From Patescibacteria group bacterium (GTDB lineage: Bacteria > Patescibacteriota > Microgenomatia > UBA1406 > GWC2-37-13): DNA of 57,384 nucleotides. Made by a program: the position numbers and the translations under genes. Within the stretch, counting starts at the first letter, position 1, and the number at the start of each line of letters is the position of its first letter. This document shows positions 17,978-26,192 of the stretch, piece after piece. The notes below the pieces were generated by a model that was not told the DNA's origin, searched no databases, and saw only the letters and a list, made by a program, of their open reading frames with translations. Where the stretch lies: positions 1-57,384 of the forward strand of contig JAOAEC010000001.1 of NCBI GenBank assembly GCA_026416975.1. The letters run 5' to 3'.

Positions 17978-18616
17978 ATGGGTCAAAAAATTAATCCTAA
18001 AATTTTTCGCTTAGGTATATTATATAACTGGGATTCCCGGTGGTTTTTCTCTAATAAAGCTCTTTATCGAAAGAATTTACTTTTAGATATTAAGTTGCGA
18101 GAGGCAATTTTTAAAAATTATGCTTATGCTTCAGTAACTCAGGTAGAGATTGAACGAGCTATTAACAAAATTACCTTAATTATTCATTCAGTTAAACCGG
18201 GAATGATAATTGGTCAAGGAGGTAAAAGATTGGAAGAATTAAAAAAATTTATTGCAAAAACACTAAATATTGATAATAAATCAAAAGAAATAAAAATAGA
18301 TATTAAAATTGAGCCGGTAAAGAAACCTTATTTAAATGCTAATTTTGTTGCTCAGACAATTGCCAGTAAGTTAATAAAGAATTTTCCTCATCGATCAGTT
18401 GTTCACAATGCTATGGATAGAGTGATGGAAGCAGGAGCTAAAGGAGTAAAAATTCAGTTGGGCGGTCGAGTCGCTGGTGCAGAAATTTCTCGAAGAGAGA
18501 AATATTTTCAAGGAAAAGTTTCCACCTCAACGATTAGAGCTAATATTGATTTTGCACGTTTTCCAGCTCTTACTAAATCAGGATATGTCGGAATAAAAGT
18601 TTGGATTTGTAAATAA
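17978..18616 (+). CDS. rpsC: 30S ribosomal protein S3
   Basis: It has MGQKINP..FRLG, a KH domain (IIGQGGKRLEELK) and GRV.GAEI.R.E. Confidence 0.95.
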   Translation: MGQKINPKIFRLGILYNWDSRWFFSNKALYRKNLLLDIKLREAIFKNYAYASVTQVEIERAINKITLIIHSVKPGMIIGQGGKRLEELKKFIAKTLNIDNKSKEIKIDIKIEPVKKPYLNANFVAQTIASKLIKNFPHRSVVHNAMDRVMEAGAKGVKIQLGGRVAGAEISRREKYFQGKVSTSTIRANIDFARFPALTKSGYVGIKVWICK

Positions 18617-18619
18617 AAC

Positions 18620-19027
18620 ATGTTAGCGCCGAAAAGACAAAAATTTAGAAAGCAGTTTCGGGGAATTTGGAGAAAAATTGCTATTAAAGGCAATGAGCTT
18701 AATTTTGGTAGTATGGGTTTAAAATCATTGGAACAAGGTTGGATAAAAGATAGAGAAATTGAAGCGGCGAGATTAATTTTAGCTCGGGCAACGAGAAAAA
18801 ATGGCAAGTTTTGGATAAGAATTTTTCCTGATAAGCCATATACAAAAAAACCACCTGAAGTGACAATGGGAGCGGGAAAAGGCGATGTGGTTTATTTTGT
18901 TGCTTCGGTGGCTCCCGGAAGAATTCTTTTTGAGATTGATGGTTTGCCAAAAAACGAAGCAGAAAAAATTTTAAAAAGCATTAGTTATAAATTATCAGTA
19001 AAAACAAAAGTTGTTGATAAAATATGA
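18620..19027 (+). CDS. rplP: 50S ribosomal protein L16
   Basis: It has MLAPKR.KFRKQ.RG ... IEAAR ... MGAGKG. Confidence 0.95.
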   Translation: MLAPKRQKFRKQFRGIWRKIAIKGNELNFGSMGLKSLEQGWIKDREIEAARLILARATRKNGKFWIRIFPDKPYTKKPPEVTMGAGKGDVVYFVASVAPGRILFEIDGLPKNEAEKILKSISYKLSVKTKVVDKI

Positions 19028-19257
19028 AAAAAGTTGTTAAAGAATGGCAGAAAAAGTCAATAAAAGAAATAGAAAATGAGATAAATAAAATACGAGAAGA
19101 AATTGCAAAATTAAGGATTGAAATGAAAGTTAATCCACCAAAAGATACTAATATTTTAATAAAAAAAAGAAAAAATTTAGCAGTGGCATTGACGATTTTA
19201 ACTCAAAAAAAAGAAGAAGAGACTTTAAAAAAAGAATTAAAGATAAAAAAAGAATAA
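19024..19257 (+). CDS. rpmC: 50S ribosomal protein L29 (Lys/Glu-rich C-terminal tail)
   Basis: Its position, size and coiled-coil L29 pattern fit. The start overlaps the rplP stop. Confidence 0.85.
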   Translation: MKKVVKEWQKKSIKEIENEINKIREEIAKLRIEMKVNPPKDTNILIKKRKNLAVALTILTQKKEEETLKKELKIKKE

Positions 19258-19287
19258 TTTACTAATTTTAATTTTTAAATATTAAAT

Positions 19288-19521
19288 ATGGCAAAAATTT
19301 TAAAAGGTAAAGTAATTTCTAATAAAATGAAAAAAACAGTTACTGTTTTAGTAGAAAGAAGATTTCGTCATCCATTATATGAAAAAGTAATTGTTCAGCA
19401 TAAAAAATATAAAGTCCATAATGAAAGTTTTGATTTAAAAGAAGGCGATGAAGTTATGATTAAGGAGACAAAACCGATTTCTAAAGAAAAACACTTTATT
19501 GTTTTAAAAAAGATTAATTAG
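19288..19521 (+). CDS. rpsQ: 30S ribosomal protein S17
   Basis: It has KGKVISNKM.KTVTVLVER...HPLY.K......KY.VH. Confidence 0.93.
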   Translation: MAKILKGKVISNKMKKTVTVLVERRFRHPLYEKVIVQHKKYKVHNESFDLKEGDEVMIKETKPISKEKHFIVLKKIN

Positions 19522-19542
19522 TTGTTAATATTTTAAAATAAA

Positions 19543-19916
19543 ATGTTACAATTACGTTCAATTTTAAACGTCGCTGATAACACAGGTGCTAAAAAAGTAG
19601 CTTTGATTGGTATTCCTGGTAAGGGAAATCGACGATTAGCTTATGTAGGAGAAGTAGTTAATGTTTCGGTGAAAGAAGCGATTCCTTATTCGCAGGTAAA
19701 AAAGGCGAGGGAGTATCAGCGGTGATTGTGAGAACAAAAAAAGAGAAACGAAGAAAGGATGGTAGTTATATTCGTTTTGATGATAATGCCTGTGTGATTT
19801 TAGCTGGAAAAGGAAATAAAGAACCAAAAGGAACGCGGGTATTTGGACCAATTGCTAAAGAGGTAAAAGATAATGGTTTTAACAAAATTGCTAGTTTGGC
19901 CGAAGAAATGTATTAA
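19543..19916 (+). CDS. rplN: 50S ribosomal protein L14, interrupted by a -1 frame change inside the A6 run at 19698-19703
   Basis: The ORFs 19543..19725 and 19722..19916 together cover L14 ([10 protein letters not shown] ... [21 protein letters not shown] ... GPIA.E). The -1 frame read upstream gives [15 protein letters not shown], which restores the conserved core. Confidence 0.9.
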
Positions 19917-19942
19917 AAATTTTTTATTTTACCTATTTTATT

Positions 19943-20248
19943 ATGAAGATAAAAAAAGGTGACAAAGTAAGAATAATTTCCGGAAAGGATAAAGGAAGAG
20001 AAGGAATAATAGAAAAAGTTTATCTAAAAGCTAATAAAGTTCTTATTTCGGGAATAAATTTATATAAAAGACATATTAAAAAAAGCGAAAAGTTCCCTCA
20101 AGGAGGAGTAGTGGAAATTCCTCGACCTTTATTGGTATCAAAGGTAATGTTAATTTGTCCAAAATGTCATAAATTAACAAGAGTTGGTTTTGAAAAAAGA
20201 GAAAAGAAGAAATGGCGAATTTGTAAAAAATGTCGAGAAAAAATTTAA
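19943..20248 (+). CDS. rplX: 50S ribosomal protein L24 (Cys-containing form, CxxC-X18-CxxC)
   Basis: It has a KOW motif (IKKGDKVRIISGKDKGREG), and CPKC ... CKKC in the C-terminal hairpin. Confidence 0.92.
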   Translation: MKIKKGDKVRIISGKDKGREGIIEKVYLKANKVLISGINLYKRHIKKSEKFPQGGVVEIPRPLLVSKVMLICPKCHKLTRVGFEKREKKKWRICKKCREKI

Positions 20249-20269
20249 TTTTTATTATTTTTTATAAAT

Positions 20270-20806
20270 ATGGAATTTAAAGATTTTTTTGAAAAAGAAA
20301 TAAGGAAAAAATTAATGGTAGAAATGGGAATAAGTAATTTAATGGCCGTACCAAGGCCAATAAAAATAGTGATTAATGTTGGCGCTGGTGAGGCAGTAGT
20401 TAATAAAGAAGCATTAAAAAAAATTAGCGAACAAATAGAATTAATTGCTGGTCAAAAGCCGGTGATTACTAAGGCAAGAAAATCAGTTTCTGCTTTTAAA
20501 ATTAGAAAAGGATTACCCATTGGTGTTAAAGTAACGTTAAGAAGAAAAAGAATGTTTGCTTTTTTAGAAAAATTGATTAAAATTATTATTCCGCGTTTAA
20601 AAGACTTTCGAGGAATTTCAGAGAAAAGTGTTGATCAGGCCGGTAATTTAAATTTAGGTTTTAGTGAACAGACAATTTTTCCCGAGATTGATTTTGATAA
20701 AATTGATAAGATTAGAGGTTTAGAAGTAACGATTGTTACTAACGCTAAAAATAAAGAAAAAGGAAAAAAATTATTTGAATTGTTAGGAATTCCTTTTAAG
20801 AAATAA
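20270..20806 (+). CDS. rplE: 50S ribosomal protein L5
   Basis: It has P...KIVINVG.GEA, ELI.GQKPVITKA.KS...FKIR.G.PIG.KVTLR and FPEIDFDKI. Confidence 0.95.
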   Translation: MEFKDFFEKEIRKKLMVEMGISNLMAVPRPIKIVINVGAGEAVVNKEALKKISEQIELIAGQKPVITKARKSVSAFKIRKGLPIGVKVTLRRKRMFAFLEKLIKIIIPRLKDFRGISEKSVDQAGNLNLGFSEQTIFPEIDFDKIDKIRGLEVTIVTNAKNKEKGKKLFELLGIPFKK

Positions 20807-20815
20807 AAATTAATT

Positions 20816-21001
20816 ATGGCAAAAAAGTCAGATGAGGTTAAGTTTTTAAAAAAACAAAAGTATCAAGTACGTCATCGTAATCGCTGTCCTTTATGTGGAC
20901 GGGCTCGAGGATATTTAAGAAGATTTGGTTTATGTCGAATTTGTTTTCGAGAAAAAGCCTTAGAAGGCCAAATTCCTGGAGTTAAAAAAATTTCTTGGTA
21001 A
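20816..21001 (+). CDS. rpsZ: 30S ribosomal protein S14, zinc-binding type Z
   Basis: It is 61 aa, with [23 protein letters not shown]. Confidence 0.93.
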   Translation: MAKKSDEVKFLKKQKYQVRHRNRCPLCGRARGYLRRFGLCRICFREKALEGQIPGVKKISW

Positions 21002-21005
21002 AATT

Positions 21006-21290
21006 ATGAGTCGTTCAGCAAAAAAAGGTCCTTATATTGACGAAAAATTACTTAAAAAAATATTGAAACAGAAACAAACTGGGGACAAAACGCCAATAAA
21101 AACTTGGGCGAGAGATAGTCAAATTGCTCCAGAGTTTGTTGGCCATCGCTTAGCTATTCATAATGGTCGAAAATTTATTGAAGTTTTTATTACTGAGATG
21201 ATGGTTGGTCATCGTTTAGGTGAGTTTGCACTTACAAGAACTTTTAGAAGTCATGGTAAGGTAACGAAAAAAATCGTTGAACCAACATAA
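21006..21290 (+). CDS. rpsS: 30S ribosomal protein S19 (non-canonical position between S14 and S8)
   Basis: It has [16 protein letters not shown] ... [43 protein letters not shown]. Confidence 0.93.
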   Translation: MSRSAKKGPYIDEKLLKKILKQKQTGDKTPIKTWARDSQIAPEFVGHRLAIHNGRKFIEVFITEMMVGHRLGEFALTRTFRSHGKVTKKIVEPT

Positions 21291-21303
21291 AAACTATAAA
21301 ATT

Positions 21304-21690
21304 ATGGGAAATTCGGCAATTGATTTAATTATCAGAATTAAAAATGGTTATCTGGCAAAGAAAGAGATGGTTGAGTCTCCTTATTCTCGTTTTCGTGAGG
21401 CAATTTTAGTTAAATTAAAAGAGTTAAAATTTATTAAAGATTTCAAGGTAAGCGGTGAAAAAATTAAAAAAATAATTATTGAACTTTTTTATCATCAAGG
21501 CAATTCTTGTTTAACTGAAGTAGAGATAATTTCCAAACCAGGAAGAAAGATTTATGTTTCTTATCGTGATTTAAAACCAGTTCTTAATGGTTTTGGTTAT
21601 TCTATTTTATCAACCCCTCAAGGAATTATTACTGATAAAGAGGCTAAAAGAAAAAAAGTTGGGGGTGAGTTGTTATTTAATATTTGGTAA
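21304..21690 (+). CDS. rpsH: 30S ribosomal protein S8
   Basis: It has IDLIIRIKNGY ... ISKPGRKIYV ... GYSILSTPQGIITDKEAK...VGGELL. The ATG at 21304 is preferred over the upstream ORF start at 21277, which overlaps rpsS. Confidence 0.93.
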   Translation: MGNSAIDLIIRIKNGYLAKKEMVESPYSRFREAILVKLKELKFIKDFKVSGEKIKKIIIELFYHQGNSCLTEVEIISKPGRKIYVSYRDLKPVLNGFGYSILSTPQGIITDKEAKRKKVGGELLFNIW

Positions 21691-21695
21691 AAAAT

Positions 21696-22250
21696 ATGTC
21701 AAAAATAGGTGAAAAACCAGTAGTTATAAAAGAAGGTGTTAGTATTATTCAAGATAAAGAGAAGATTTTAATTAAAGGAAAAGAGGGTGAGTTAATGATT
21801 AATTTACCACCAGATCTTGTTTTAGAAAACAAGGACAATCTGTTATTTTTAAAAAGAAAAAATAATAAAAGTAAGGTTAAGGCATTGCATGGTCTTTATC
21901 GTCAATTAATTAATAATGCGGTAATTGGAGTTAATAAAAGATGGGAAAAAAGATTGGAGATTGTCGGTACCGGTTATAATGTGAAGTTACAAGGAGAGGA
22001 TCTAGTTTTTAAATTAGGTTATTCTCATCCGGTAATTTTTAAAAAAAGAGAGGGGATAAAATTTAACGTGGAGGGAAATAATAAAGTGATTGTTTCTGGA
22101 TGTGATAAACAATTAGTTGGTGAGATAGCTTATCAAATAAAGATGTTAAAAAAACCTGATGCTTATAAAGGAAAAGGAATTCGTTATGAAGATGAAAAGT
22201 TAAGAATTAAACCGGGAAAGAAAGCCAAGGCTACCAGTACTGGTGCCTAA
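21696..22250 (+). CDS. rplF: 50S ribosomal protein L6
   Basis: It has MSKIGEKPV ... GYSHPV ... PD.YKGKGIRY. The ATG at 21696 is preferred over the TTG at 21684. Confidence 0.93.
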   Translation: MSKIGEKPVVIKEGVSIIQDKEKILIKGKEGELMINLPPDLVLENKDNLLFLKRKNNKSKVKALHGLYRQLINNAVIGVNKRWEKRLEIVGTGYNVKLQGEDLVFKLGYSHPVIFKKREGIKFNVEGNNKVIVSGCDKQLVGEIAYQIKMLKKPDAYKGKGIRYEDEKLRIKPGKKAKATSTGA

Positions 22251-22265
22251 AAATTTTTAAAAAAT

Positions 22266-22631
22266 ATGAAAAAAATTGTTACTTTTGACAAAAAATTAAG
22301 AAAGATAAAAAAGGTTAGAGAGAAAATTAAAGGAACAAAACAAAGACCAAGAATCGCTGTCTTTCGTTCTAATCGTTATATTTACGCTCAGGCGATTGAT
22401 GATGATATAAGAAAAACAATAGCCACTTTTTCTAGTTTAAATCTTAAAAAAGAGGATAAAGAGATAAAAATAAAAAAAACTGAGGAAGCAAAAATAGTCG
22501 GGTTGAAATTAGCCGAATTATTAAAGAAAAAAGAGATTGATAAAGCAGTTTTTGATAGAAGATTTTACCATTATCATGGTCGAGTAAAAGCATTGGTTAA
22601 TGGTTTAAGAGAGGGAGGGATAAAAATTTAA
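22266..22631 (+). CDS. rplR: 50S ribosomal protein L18
   Basis: It has RPRIAVFRSNRYIYAQAIDD ... FDR..Y.YHGRVKAL..G.REGG. Confidence 0.93.
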   Translation: MKKIVTFDKKLRKIKKVREKIKGTKQRPRIAVFRSNRYIYAQAIDDDIRKTIATFSSLNLKKEDKEIKIKKTEEAKIVGLKLAELLKKKEIDKAVFDRRFYHYHGRVKALVNGLREGGIKI

Positions 22632-22689
22632 AAATAAAAAATAAAAAATAAAAAATTAAAAATTATAAAAATCAAATAAAAAATTAATT
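22632..22689. repeat. A-rich tandem heptanucleotide array in the rplR-rpsE spacer
   Basis: AAATAAA x3, AAATTAA, AAATTAT, AAAAATC, AAATAAA, AAATTAA. These 8 units fill the whole spacer. Confidence 0.7.
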
Positions 22690-23154
22690 ATGAATGAGGA
22701 AAAAAAAGAAAAAAAATTTGAAGAGAATGTCTTATTAATTAGAAGAGTTTCTAAAAAAATTCCCGGCGGAAATTACATTACCTTTTCTGCTTTGGTAGCC
22801 ATTGGTGATAAACAAGGCCAGGTGGGTATTGGTATGGGGCGGGGATTAGAAGTGCCGCCGGCAATAAAAAAAGCGGTTAATTTTGCTAAAAAACATCTAA
22901 TCACCGTGCCGGTTTTTAAAAAAACTATTCCGCATCAGATAAAAATAAAATACAAAGCAGCAAAAATTCTTCTTAAACCAGCTCCAGAAGGAACCGGTTT
23001 AAAAGTAGGAAGCGTTGCCCGGGTGATTTTATCTTTAGCCGGAGTGGAAAATGCCTCAGGAAAAATTATTGGTGGCCGAAATCAAATAGTTAATGCTTAT
23101 GGAGTAATAAAAGCCTTAAAAAAATTAAAAATTAAAAAAAATAACAAAAAATGA
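22690..23154 (+). CDS. rpsE: 30S ribosomal protein S5
   Basis: It has RRVSKKIPGGN...F.ALVAIGD..G.VG.G.G...EVP.AI.KA. Confidence 0.94.
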   Translation: MNEEKKEKKFEENVLLIRRVSKKIPGGNYITFSALVAIGDKQGQVGIGMGRGLEVPPAIKKAVNFAKKHLITVPVFKKTIPHQIKIKYKAAKILLKPAPEGTGLKVGSVARVILSLAGVENASGKIIGGRNQIVNAYGVIKALKKLKIKKNNKK

Positions 23155-23606
23155 CTAGTAATTTTTTATCTCAATTAAAAAAAATTGTTAAAAAAAGAAA
23201 AAAAAGACTTGGTCGAGGTTTAGGAAGCGGAAAAGGATCCAAATCGAGTCGGGGAATTACTCGTCATCAAAAAGCGCGAGAAGATATTCCTTTAGCTTTT
23301 GAAGGTGGTCAAGGAAGAATAATAAAAAAATTTCCTTTATTAAGAGGAAAAGAAAAAAACAAACCAGTAAGAGAAAAACCAACCATAGTTAAACTATCAA
23401 GTTTTAATCTTTTTAAAAATGGAGAGAAAGTGACACCTGCAAAACTTTTAGAAAAAAAGATTATTAAAAAAATTACTAAAGGAGGAATAAAGATTTTAAA
23501 CAGTGATCAGTTAAAGAAAAAAATAATCATTAAAGGAATGCTAGTTTCTCAATCAGCTAAAAACATTATTGAAAAGTTAGGAGGCAAGGTTAATAAAAAA
23601 CTATGA
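23151..23606 (+). CDS. rplO: 50S ribosomal protein L15
   Basis: It has [14 protein letters not shown] ... FEGGQ. It overlaps the rpsE stop (ATGA), leaving no room for rpmD. Confidence 0.92.
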   Translation: MTSNFLSQLKKIVKKRKKRLGRGLGSGKGSKSSRGITRHQKAREDIPLAFEGGQGRIIKKFPLLRGKEKNKPVREKPTIVKLSSFNLFKNGEKVTPAKLLEKKIIKKITKGGIKILNSDQLKKKIIIKGMLVSQSAKNIIEKLGGKVNKKL

Positions 23607-24889
23607 ACGAATCAATTAGTAAATTAAAGCTTTTATTTAAAGATCCTAATTTAAAACAAAAAACCCTTTTTACTTTGTTAATTTTTCTTGTTTTTAGGAT
23701 TTTTGCTTTTTTGCCGGTGCCGGCAATTAATTTAGGAAGACTGCGAGTTCTTTTTGCTCAAAATCAGTTTTTAACTTTATTAGATATTTTTTCCGGTGGT
23801 ACATTAATTAATTTTTCTGTGATGGCTTTGGGTTTGAATCCTTATATTAATGCCTCGATTATTATTCAGCTATTAACAATGGTTTTTCCTAAGTTAGAGG
23901 AGTTGGCTAAAGAAGGCGAATATGGTCGTTTCAAAATTAATCAATATACTCGTTTTTTAACTTTACCTTTAACCTTAGTTCAGACAATAGGCATATATTT
24001 TCTTCTTAAAAATCAAAAAATTATTATCAATCTTTCTTTGTTGGAATTATTTTCTTTTGTGGCAACAATGGTAGCAGGCACTTTTATCTTAATTTGGTTT
24101 GGTGAGTTAATATCAGAATTTGGTTTAGGTAATGGTATTTCTCTTTTAATTTTTGTAGGCATTATTGGTAGGTTGCCAATAGTGATAGCGCGAACTGCTT
24201 TTATTTTAACCCCAGAAATGATTTTTAATGTAATTATTTTTTTAATTTTAGCAATATTGGTTATTGCTTCAGTGGTTTTTATTAATGAAGCGGTGAGAAA
24301 AATTCCGGTTTATTACGCTAAAAGAATTAAAGGAAATCGAGTTTATCAAGGAGCGACTAATTTTTTACCTTTGAAACTTAATCAAGCGGGCGTGATTCCG
24401 ATAATTTTTGCTGTTTCTTTTGTTCTTTTTCCTCAGCTTATTGGTAATTTTTTTCTTTATTCTAAAACAAAATTAGTGGCGAAAATCGCCTCATTTTTAG
24501 TTAAATTTTTTTCACCAACAGGATTTTTTTATAATTTTTTTTATTTTATTTTAGTGGTCGGTTTTACCTTTTTTTATACTATAATTGTTTTTAATCCTCA
24601 AAAAATTGCTGAAGAGATTCAAAAATATGGTGGATTTATTCCCGGTATAAGACCGGGGTTAGCAACAAAAGAATATTTAGAGAAGATTTTATATAGAATT
24701 ACCTCAGTGGGAGCAATTTTTTTGGGAATAATTGCTATTTTACCAGTATTAGTATCAAAAATTACTACAATACCTAATTTAGTCATTGGTGGCACTGGAA
24801 TTTTAATTGTTGTTTCTGTGGTTTTGGAAACTTTTAAGATGATTGAAGCTCATTTAGCAATGAAAAGTTATGATAAATTTATTAAATAA
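23603..24889 (+). CDS. secY: Preprotein translocase subunit SecY
   Basis: It has 10-TM topology, with [35 protein letters not shown] and [10 protein letters not shown]. Confidence 0.96.
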   Translation: MNESISKLKLLFKDPNLKQKTLFTLLIFLVFRIFAFLPVPAINLGRLRVLFAQNQFLTLLDIFSGGTLINFSVMALGLNPYINASIIIQLLTMVFPKLEELAKEGEYGRFKINQYTRFLTLPLTLVQTIGIYFLLKNQKIIINLSLLELFSFVATMVAGTFILIWFGELISEFGLGNGISLLIFVGIIGRLPIVIARTAFILTPEMIFNVIIFLILAILVIASVVFINEAVRKIPVYYAKRIKGNRVYQGATNFLPLKLNQAGVIPIIFAVSFVLFPQLIGNFFLYSKTKLVAKIASFLVKFFSPTGFFYNFFYFILVVGFTFFYTIIVFNPQKIAEEIQKYGGFIPGIRPGLATKEYLEKILYRITSVGAIFLGIIAILPVLVSKITTIPNLVIGGTGILIVVSVVLETFKMIEAHLAMKSYDKFIK

Positions 24890-24894
24890 ATAAT

Positions 24895-25065
24895 ATGGCA
24901 AAAAAAGGGTCACGAACGTTAATCGGTTTAGTTTGCGAGGTATGTCGCAATCATAACTATACCACCGAGAAAAACAAACTTAATACCGATCAACCATTAA
25001 AATTAAAAAAATATTGCTCTAAATGCAAAAAACACACCATTCATAAAGAAAAGAAAAAATTATGA
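24895..25065 (+). CDS. rpmG: 50S ribosomal protein L33 (zinc-binding form); absent from the supplied ORF track
   Basis: Manual translation gives MAKKGSRTLIGLVCEVCRNHNYTTEKNKLNTDQPLKLKKYCSKCKKHTIHKEKKKL. It has the CxxC...CxxC and NYTTEKNK / LKKYC / HKE motifs of L33. Its TGA overlaps the adk ATG. Confidence 0.88.
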   Translation: MAKKGSRTLIGLVCEVCRNHNYTTEKNKLNTDQPLKLKKYCSKCKKHTIHKEKKKL

Positions 25066-26192
25066 AAATAGTTTTATTTGGTATTCAAGGTTCAGGAAAA
25101 TCAACTCAAGGAAATCTTTTATCAAAACAGTTAAATCTTCCTTATCTGTCTACTGGTCATATTTTAAGACAGTTGTCAAAAGAAAAGACAAAGTTGGGTC
25201 GTTATATTAAAGAAACGATTAATGCTGGTTTTTTAGTGCCGGATGAAAAAATGATTAAAATCGTTGACGGTTATTTAAATAGGAAAGAATATCAACGAGG
25301 TTATATTTTAGATGGTTTCCCCCGAACATTGTATCAGGCAAAAAAATTTAAAAATAATATTGATAAAGCAATTTATTTAAAAATTTCTGATAAAGAAGCT
25401 TTATGGAGGCTTCTTTATCGGAATGATGATGGTCGCGAAGATGAAACATTACCGGCTTTAAAAAAAAGGATTGATCTTTTTAAAAAGTTTACTTTACCGG
25501 TAGTTGATTTTTATCAAAAAAAAGGAAAATTGGCAGTAATTAATGGCTCAAAATCAATTGAAGAGGTAAATGAGGAAATTCTCAAGAATTTGGGCAAACA
25601 GTTGATTAAGAATCAAATTAAATCGTGGGAAAATAAACAAAAAGCAATTATTGCTATTGTTGGTTTGCCAGGAGCAGGAAAGACAGAGGCAGCTGAATAT
25701 TTTAAGAAAAAAGGTTTACCGGTAATCAGTTTTGGTAAGATTATTAATGATTATATTGATAAAAAAGGATTACCTCATATTGAAAAAATTCATCATCAAG
25801 TGAGAACTCATTTGAGAGAGAAATATGGTAAGGAAGCATTAGCGGTTTTAAATATTAAAAATATAAAGAAACTTTTAAAGAAGAATTTAATTATTATTAT
25901 TGATGGAATGCGTTCTTGGGAAGAATATATTTATTTAAAAAAAGAGCTTCCCAAAGTAAATATTTTTATTTTAGCTTTATTTGCTAATAAAGAGTTACGT
26001 TATCAAAGAATTAATCAAAGAAAAGATAGAAAAACCCTAAAAGGAGAAGAAAGAGATATTGGTGAGTTAATTGATACTAATATGGGGCCAACCATTGCTT
26101 TTGCCGATTTTCTTATTAAAAACAATTTTTCTAAAGAAGATTTTTATGATAAGTTAGATGAAGTTTATCGGATAATATATTTTTCTTTATGA
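25062..26192 (+). CDS. adk: Adenylate kinase fused to a second P-loop kinase domain (archaeal UPF0200/dephospho-CoA-kinase-like)
   Basis: Residues 1-180 have GIQGSGKSTQ, GYILDGFPRT and a short LID. Residues ~195-376 have VGLPGAGKTEAAEYF, IIDGMRSWEE and the LRYQRINQRKDR pattern. Confidence 0.8.
   Translation: MKIVLFGIQGSGKSTQGNLLSKQLNLPYLSTGHILRQLSKEKTKLGRYIKETINAGFLVPDEKMIKIVDGYLNRKEYQRGYILDGFPRTLYQAKKFKNNIDKAIYLKISDKEALWRLLYRNDDGREDETLPALKKRIDLFKKFTLPVVDFYQKKGKLAVINGSKSIEEVNEEILKNLGKQLIKNQIKSWENKQKAIIAIVGLPGAGKTEAAEYFKKKGLPVISFGKIINDYIDKKGLPHIEKIHHQVRTHLREKYGKEALAVLNIKNIKKLLKKNLIIIIDGMRSWEEYIYLKKELPKVNIFILALFANKELRYQRINQRKDRKTLKGEERDIGELIDTNMGPTIAFADFLIKNNFSKEDFYDKLDEVYRIIYFSL

Noticed and set aside
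19734-19741. Additional A-runs in rplN and many other genes as further frameshift sites
   Set aside because: The reading frames are intact across them. Long A-runs are simply frequent because of Lys-rich proteins in an AT-rich genome.
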